Part shown: piece by piece, positions 35,101-36,984 of the stretch
Layout of the letters: each line of letters begins with the position of its first letter
Numbering within the stretch: the first letter of the stretch is position 1
Notes under the pieces: model-generated
The model's input: the letters and a program-made list of their open reading frames with translations, nothing else
What the model was told of the DNA's origin: nothing
The model's database searches: none
Made by a program: the position numbers and the translations under genes
Virus record (IMG/VR): IMGVR_UViG_3300010966_000022
Coordinates: 1-36,984 of that record
Source: a virus
Lineage: Duplodnaviria; Caudoviricetes
Strand: one strand, 5' to 3'
DNA length: 36,984 bases

Positions 35101-36984
35101 ATGCGCTCTAGGTTACGCCAAGAATTTGGTGGCCTTGGTGATTTGTTTGCTGATTTGCTTGGTGCAACGTCACCAAATACCCCGGTAAGAGAGAACTGGA
35201 AAAACGCAGTTGATGTTCTTCGTCGCGCATCAAGAGGTGACTTTGATCAATTGATGCCGAAGTGGGTTGCATGGTCAACCAATGTCAATCAAGCTGAAGC
35301 GGAATTTGGCGCGTGGTTTGGCGAAAAAATTGAACAGGGGATGAACAAAAAACAAATTAAGGATTTGCCAGAGTACAAGGAAAAAATGGCAAACCTTAAA
35401 TCGCTACGCAACATTAGCGATGATCTTTTGCCCAAAAAAGAATCTGGTAAGAAGTATGGATTTAACGGACGCAACGCATTGCGAGCAATGCTTGATTTGT
35501 GGCGCGTTGTTAAAGACCCCAACGCTGATTTGGCTATTTCTGGCACAGCGCCAAAGGCTCTTAACTTTTCAGGTAACCTGATTGGCTTTAGAGAAAAGGC
35601 AACAATTGATGTGTGGGCGGCAAGGCTATTGCAGCGCCTATCAGGGGGCGTGCGCATCCCGTCAATGGCTGAAGGTGGTGTCAGTGGAAATATGCTTTCT
35701 ACTGGGCAAACAACGCTTCAATTTGGATTTGGTCAGGATGTTTTTTCTGAAGCTGTAAGTCTTATTCGCTCTAACGAGCAAATGAAAAATGATGAACGTT
35801 TATCTAAAGTCAACGATGACGATTTGCAAGCAATCGTTTGGTTTTTAGAAAAAGAAGTTTGGACCAAAAACGATTGGACTAGCGCGGCTGGTGAGGGTGG
35901 CTCATTCGAATACGAGGCTGACTTAACTGGTCAGCGCGATATCGATGAGGTTGTTCGTCTTCGCAAAATCATGGACTCCAGCAAGTCGAGCCAAGAGCAA
36001 AAGAATCAAGCTGCTGATCAGTTAAACAAATTGACTAGAACCGTTGACAGGTACACAGGCGGTTTGTCTATTCAACAATCCGTTGATACTCAAGGCATTG
36101 ATTTTGTGCCAAGCGATGCTGACATGGCTATGCTTGCCGAGGACATTAAGCTGTCGGTTTACGAGGCCGACGATGGTGCTACGGTCTTGGGAAGCAAGGC
36201 GCTTTCAACAGAGGGTAGATATGGCGGTGTAGAGCGAAGCCTTGACTTGGAGGTTGTAACTCGGTCTGGCTTCAACCCTTTGCCAATGTGGTTAAAAATG
36301 CTTGAAGCCGCAATGAAGGCAAATCAAGACAGCACATTTTTGTCTAGGGTGCTGCGACACGACGAAAAGGTTAATCCCTTAAAGCATCGCCCCGGCGTTG
36401 AAATTTACTTTAGAGAAGGCGCGGCAATTGATAAATTGCAGTCTATTCTCGATGATCTTGCAGTAAAAGGGGTAGAGTTTTATACCGTGATTGTTGACGG
36501 AAAAAGAAATCCGTCGGCCCTTGCTGGTGGCATGCCTGATGCTGTTGGTGTTAGGTTCCAGTACGTTCCAGAAATGAACGAAAGGTACGGCCTTGATGAC
36601 TTTAGCTGGACCACCTTGACTGATGATCAAATATCAACGAAAATGAACGAGCAAGCACAAGCGCTTAAAGATTTGGCTGCTGAAGTTTCAGCACAAATCG
36701 ATGGCGTTTCTTTTGCTGGTCAGTTTTGGTACGAAACCGAGGTGGCTTTTAAAAACCAATATCAGGAGAAAATAAATGAAATCACAGCTAGAGTTGCTGA
36801 AAGAGGACCTTCCGAGGGTGGAAGCGAAGTATGGACCGGACAATCCGTTCGTGAAGGGGTTGAAGGAGCAAATAATTGGGCTAGAGAATCAGCAGTTCAG
36901 GGCGGAAGAGCGGGAGAGGTTCAGCCTGTCGGTGGGGTCCTCAATCAATCCGGTGCCGCAACAGGAACTGGAAGCGTCCAGCCT
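32170..36984 (+). CDS. Giant multidomain internal virion (ejection) protein, 3'-truncated (at least 1605 aa)
   Basis: ATG 32170 follows the previous stop and the frame stays open to the window end (no stop, hence absent from the ORF track). Contains ART-like (34162-34587), HhH-glycosylase-like (~35080-35860) and possible SAM-lyase-like (~36043-36355) segments. Confidence 0.88.
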   Translation, partial: MSAYENYLSKLKVEDEKQEFLTSSLQQAAGVNPDEFAGQVQLAKAAAVSVDAVPDYKKLAQEAQLFQKTGADTLWRDNPQTARFLSDPTRAKLASDQADTLKDMENQFNSFKAVRKEDFNKSEDQNRWLNIGMTIATMGASSVGGAGESIKRDFKFGFTGFKKQWSSLLDSVGITSSLDKRKAEVMGRAGIEYDPRNDYYLRMAELQKEQEKFSPPVEVQEGINKLANADNALDFVKAVVDHPDALQTMFFQSAGTYAPAMAAMAASSVLGPTGPSTLIPFFSQQALRKSIASGLTSGLLEYGSAIDDTMAEAGVDLTDPIALANAFNNPELVAKAKDKALKRGVSIGFFDGLTAGVAGKLLAGAKSTSLSVGTRVAGELGIQAGGGMAGEATAGFLTDDFKLGAVLLEGLLEMPTGIAEIPGNYKSTMRDAIGVEQNTKALERLNELSAANKIRTRDADTFNQWIEQATEDSPVQNVYVNANVLQQAGVLEQIASLSPTVASQIESALITGDEIEIPIQEYMTTIAPTDVSTKIIDDLRLEGETMTRREATAFIDSQAEELQKAYDEQTKKLMQSEEFVRSAKEVEGLMFENIKSTQAYSDTASRAYATYVRDLYVTKAAEMRMSPMELYKLLPYQTISTMPAVTAQMFSQEQIGQVTQALQQTPEFQNWFVESKVSDNTGAPIIMYHGAKSDIQDGVFRMERGMLGTGAYFTSDPNEAAEFTKNAAFQTNANIVPAYISIQNPYEVTDKFAKVPKDLEEQGYDGVILRNDDGSIQWAVPIKPNQIKSIFNEGSWSPETANILKQAALPTDSQAASQEDAQGPMKGDITQHVLMAERGQRVVGKRARMSDEETKIIQDAEKELGIENNEISTLVKNHKLANPPMDGWAALELTDVKIEPSKGGKPASYELVYKTIPYTFANDKNGTLLEKGTKPYDQKVKAIARKIENEVLSVYERAQNGDKAAQNIIRQAGWYKEMRSRLRQEFGGLGDLFADLLGATSPNTPVRENWKNAVDVLRRASRGDFDQLMPKWVAWSTNVNQAEAEFGAWFGEKIEQGMNKKQIKDLPEYKEKMANLKSLRNISDDLLPKKESGKKYGFNGRNALRAMLDLWRVVKDPNADLAISGTAPKALNFSGNLIGFREKATIDVWAARLLQRLSGGVRIPSMAEGGVSGNMLSTGQTTLQFGFGQDVFSEAVSLIRSNEQMKNDERLSKVNDDDLQAIVWFLEKEVWTKNDWTSAAGEGGSFEYEADLTGQRDIDEVVRLRKIMDSSKSSQEQKNQAADQLNKLTRTVDRYTGGLSIQQSVDTQGIDFVPSDADMAMLAEDIKLSVYEADDGATVLGSKALSTEGRYGGVERSLDLEVVTRSGFNPLPMWLKMLEAAMKANQDSTFLSRVLRHDEKVNPLKHRPGVEIYFREGAAIDKLQSILDDLAVKGVEFYTVIVDGKRNPSALAGGMPDAVGVRFQYVPEMNERYGLDDFSWTTLTDDQISTKMNEQAQALKDLAAEVSAQIDGVSFAGQFWYETEVAFKNQYQEKINEITARVAERGPSEGGSEVWTGQSVREGVEGANNWARESAVQGGRAGEVQPVGGVLNQSGAATGTGSVQP

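Noticed and set aside
32261-36630. Short ORFs in the track suggesting a gene-poor or pseudogenised right end
   Set aside because: All overlap the uninterrupted frame-1 ORF from 32170, which the track omits because it has no stop in the window.
36970-36984. Direct circular join of the end to base 1, which happens to be in frame (...SVQP/WVDPAP...)
   Set aside because: An in-frame join has a 1-in-3 chance, no terminal overlap is seen, and the end lies in a low-complexity linker. A missing middle segment is more likely, so completeness is not claimed.

Overview
The window is most of the genome of a short-tailed dsDNA phage with BPP-1/epsilon15-like virion genes. An Rz/Rz1 spanin pair indicates a Gram-negative host. 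Both ends appear to lie inside the same giant internal-virion gene: its N-terminal 1605 codons run from 32170 off the right end (absent from the ORF track) and a C-terminal part occupies 1-1464. Gene order: tail fibre plus two RCC1-repeat proteins; lysis cassette; leftward early operon (Xis-like, RecT, YqaJ exonuclease, small ORFs); divergent control region with one Cro-like regulator and three 19-bp operators; rightward RusA/SSB-like/MazG/replication/nin-like genes; an HTH gene; terminase; GNAT; portal; head; tail; internal virion proteins. No integrase, cI, DNA polymerase, RT, tRNA or CRISPR was recognised. Main observations: (1) a four-copy putative late promoter, GGTACCCGTA-N16/17-TA(A/G)(C/A)(C/T)T; in three copies an ATG lies exactly 39 nt after the motif start, at the expected +1, implying leaderless mRNAs, one of them a 7-codon mini-ORF coupled to the tail fibre; (2) the giant virion protein carries an ADP-ribosyltransferase-like, an HhH-glycosylase-like and a possible SAM-lyase-like domain in series; (3) tandem RCC1 propeller proteins as candidate receptor-binding proteins. 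All family assignments are from motif recognition by eye, not database searches.
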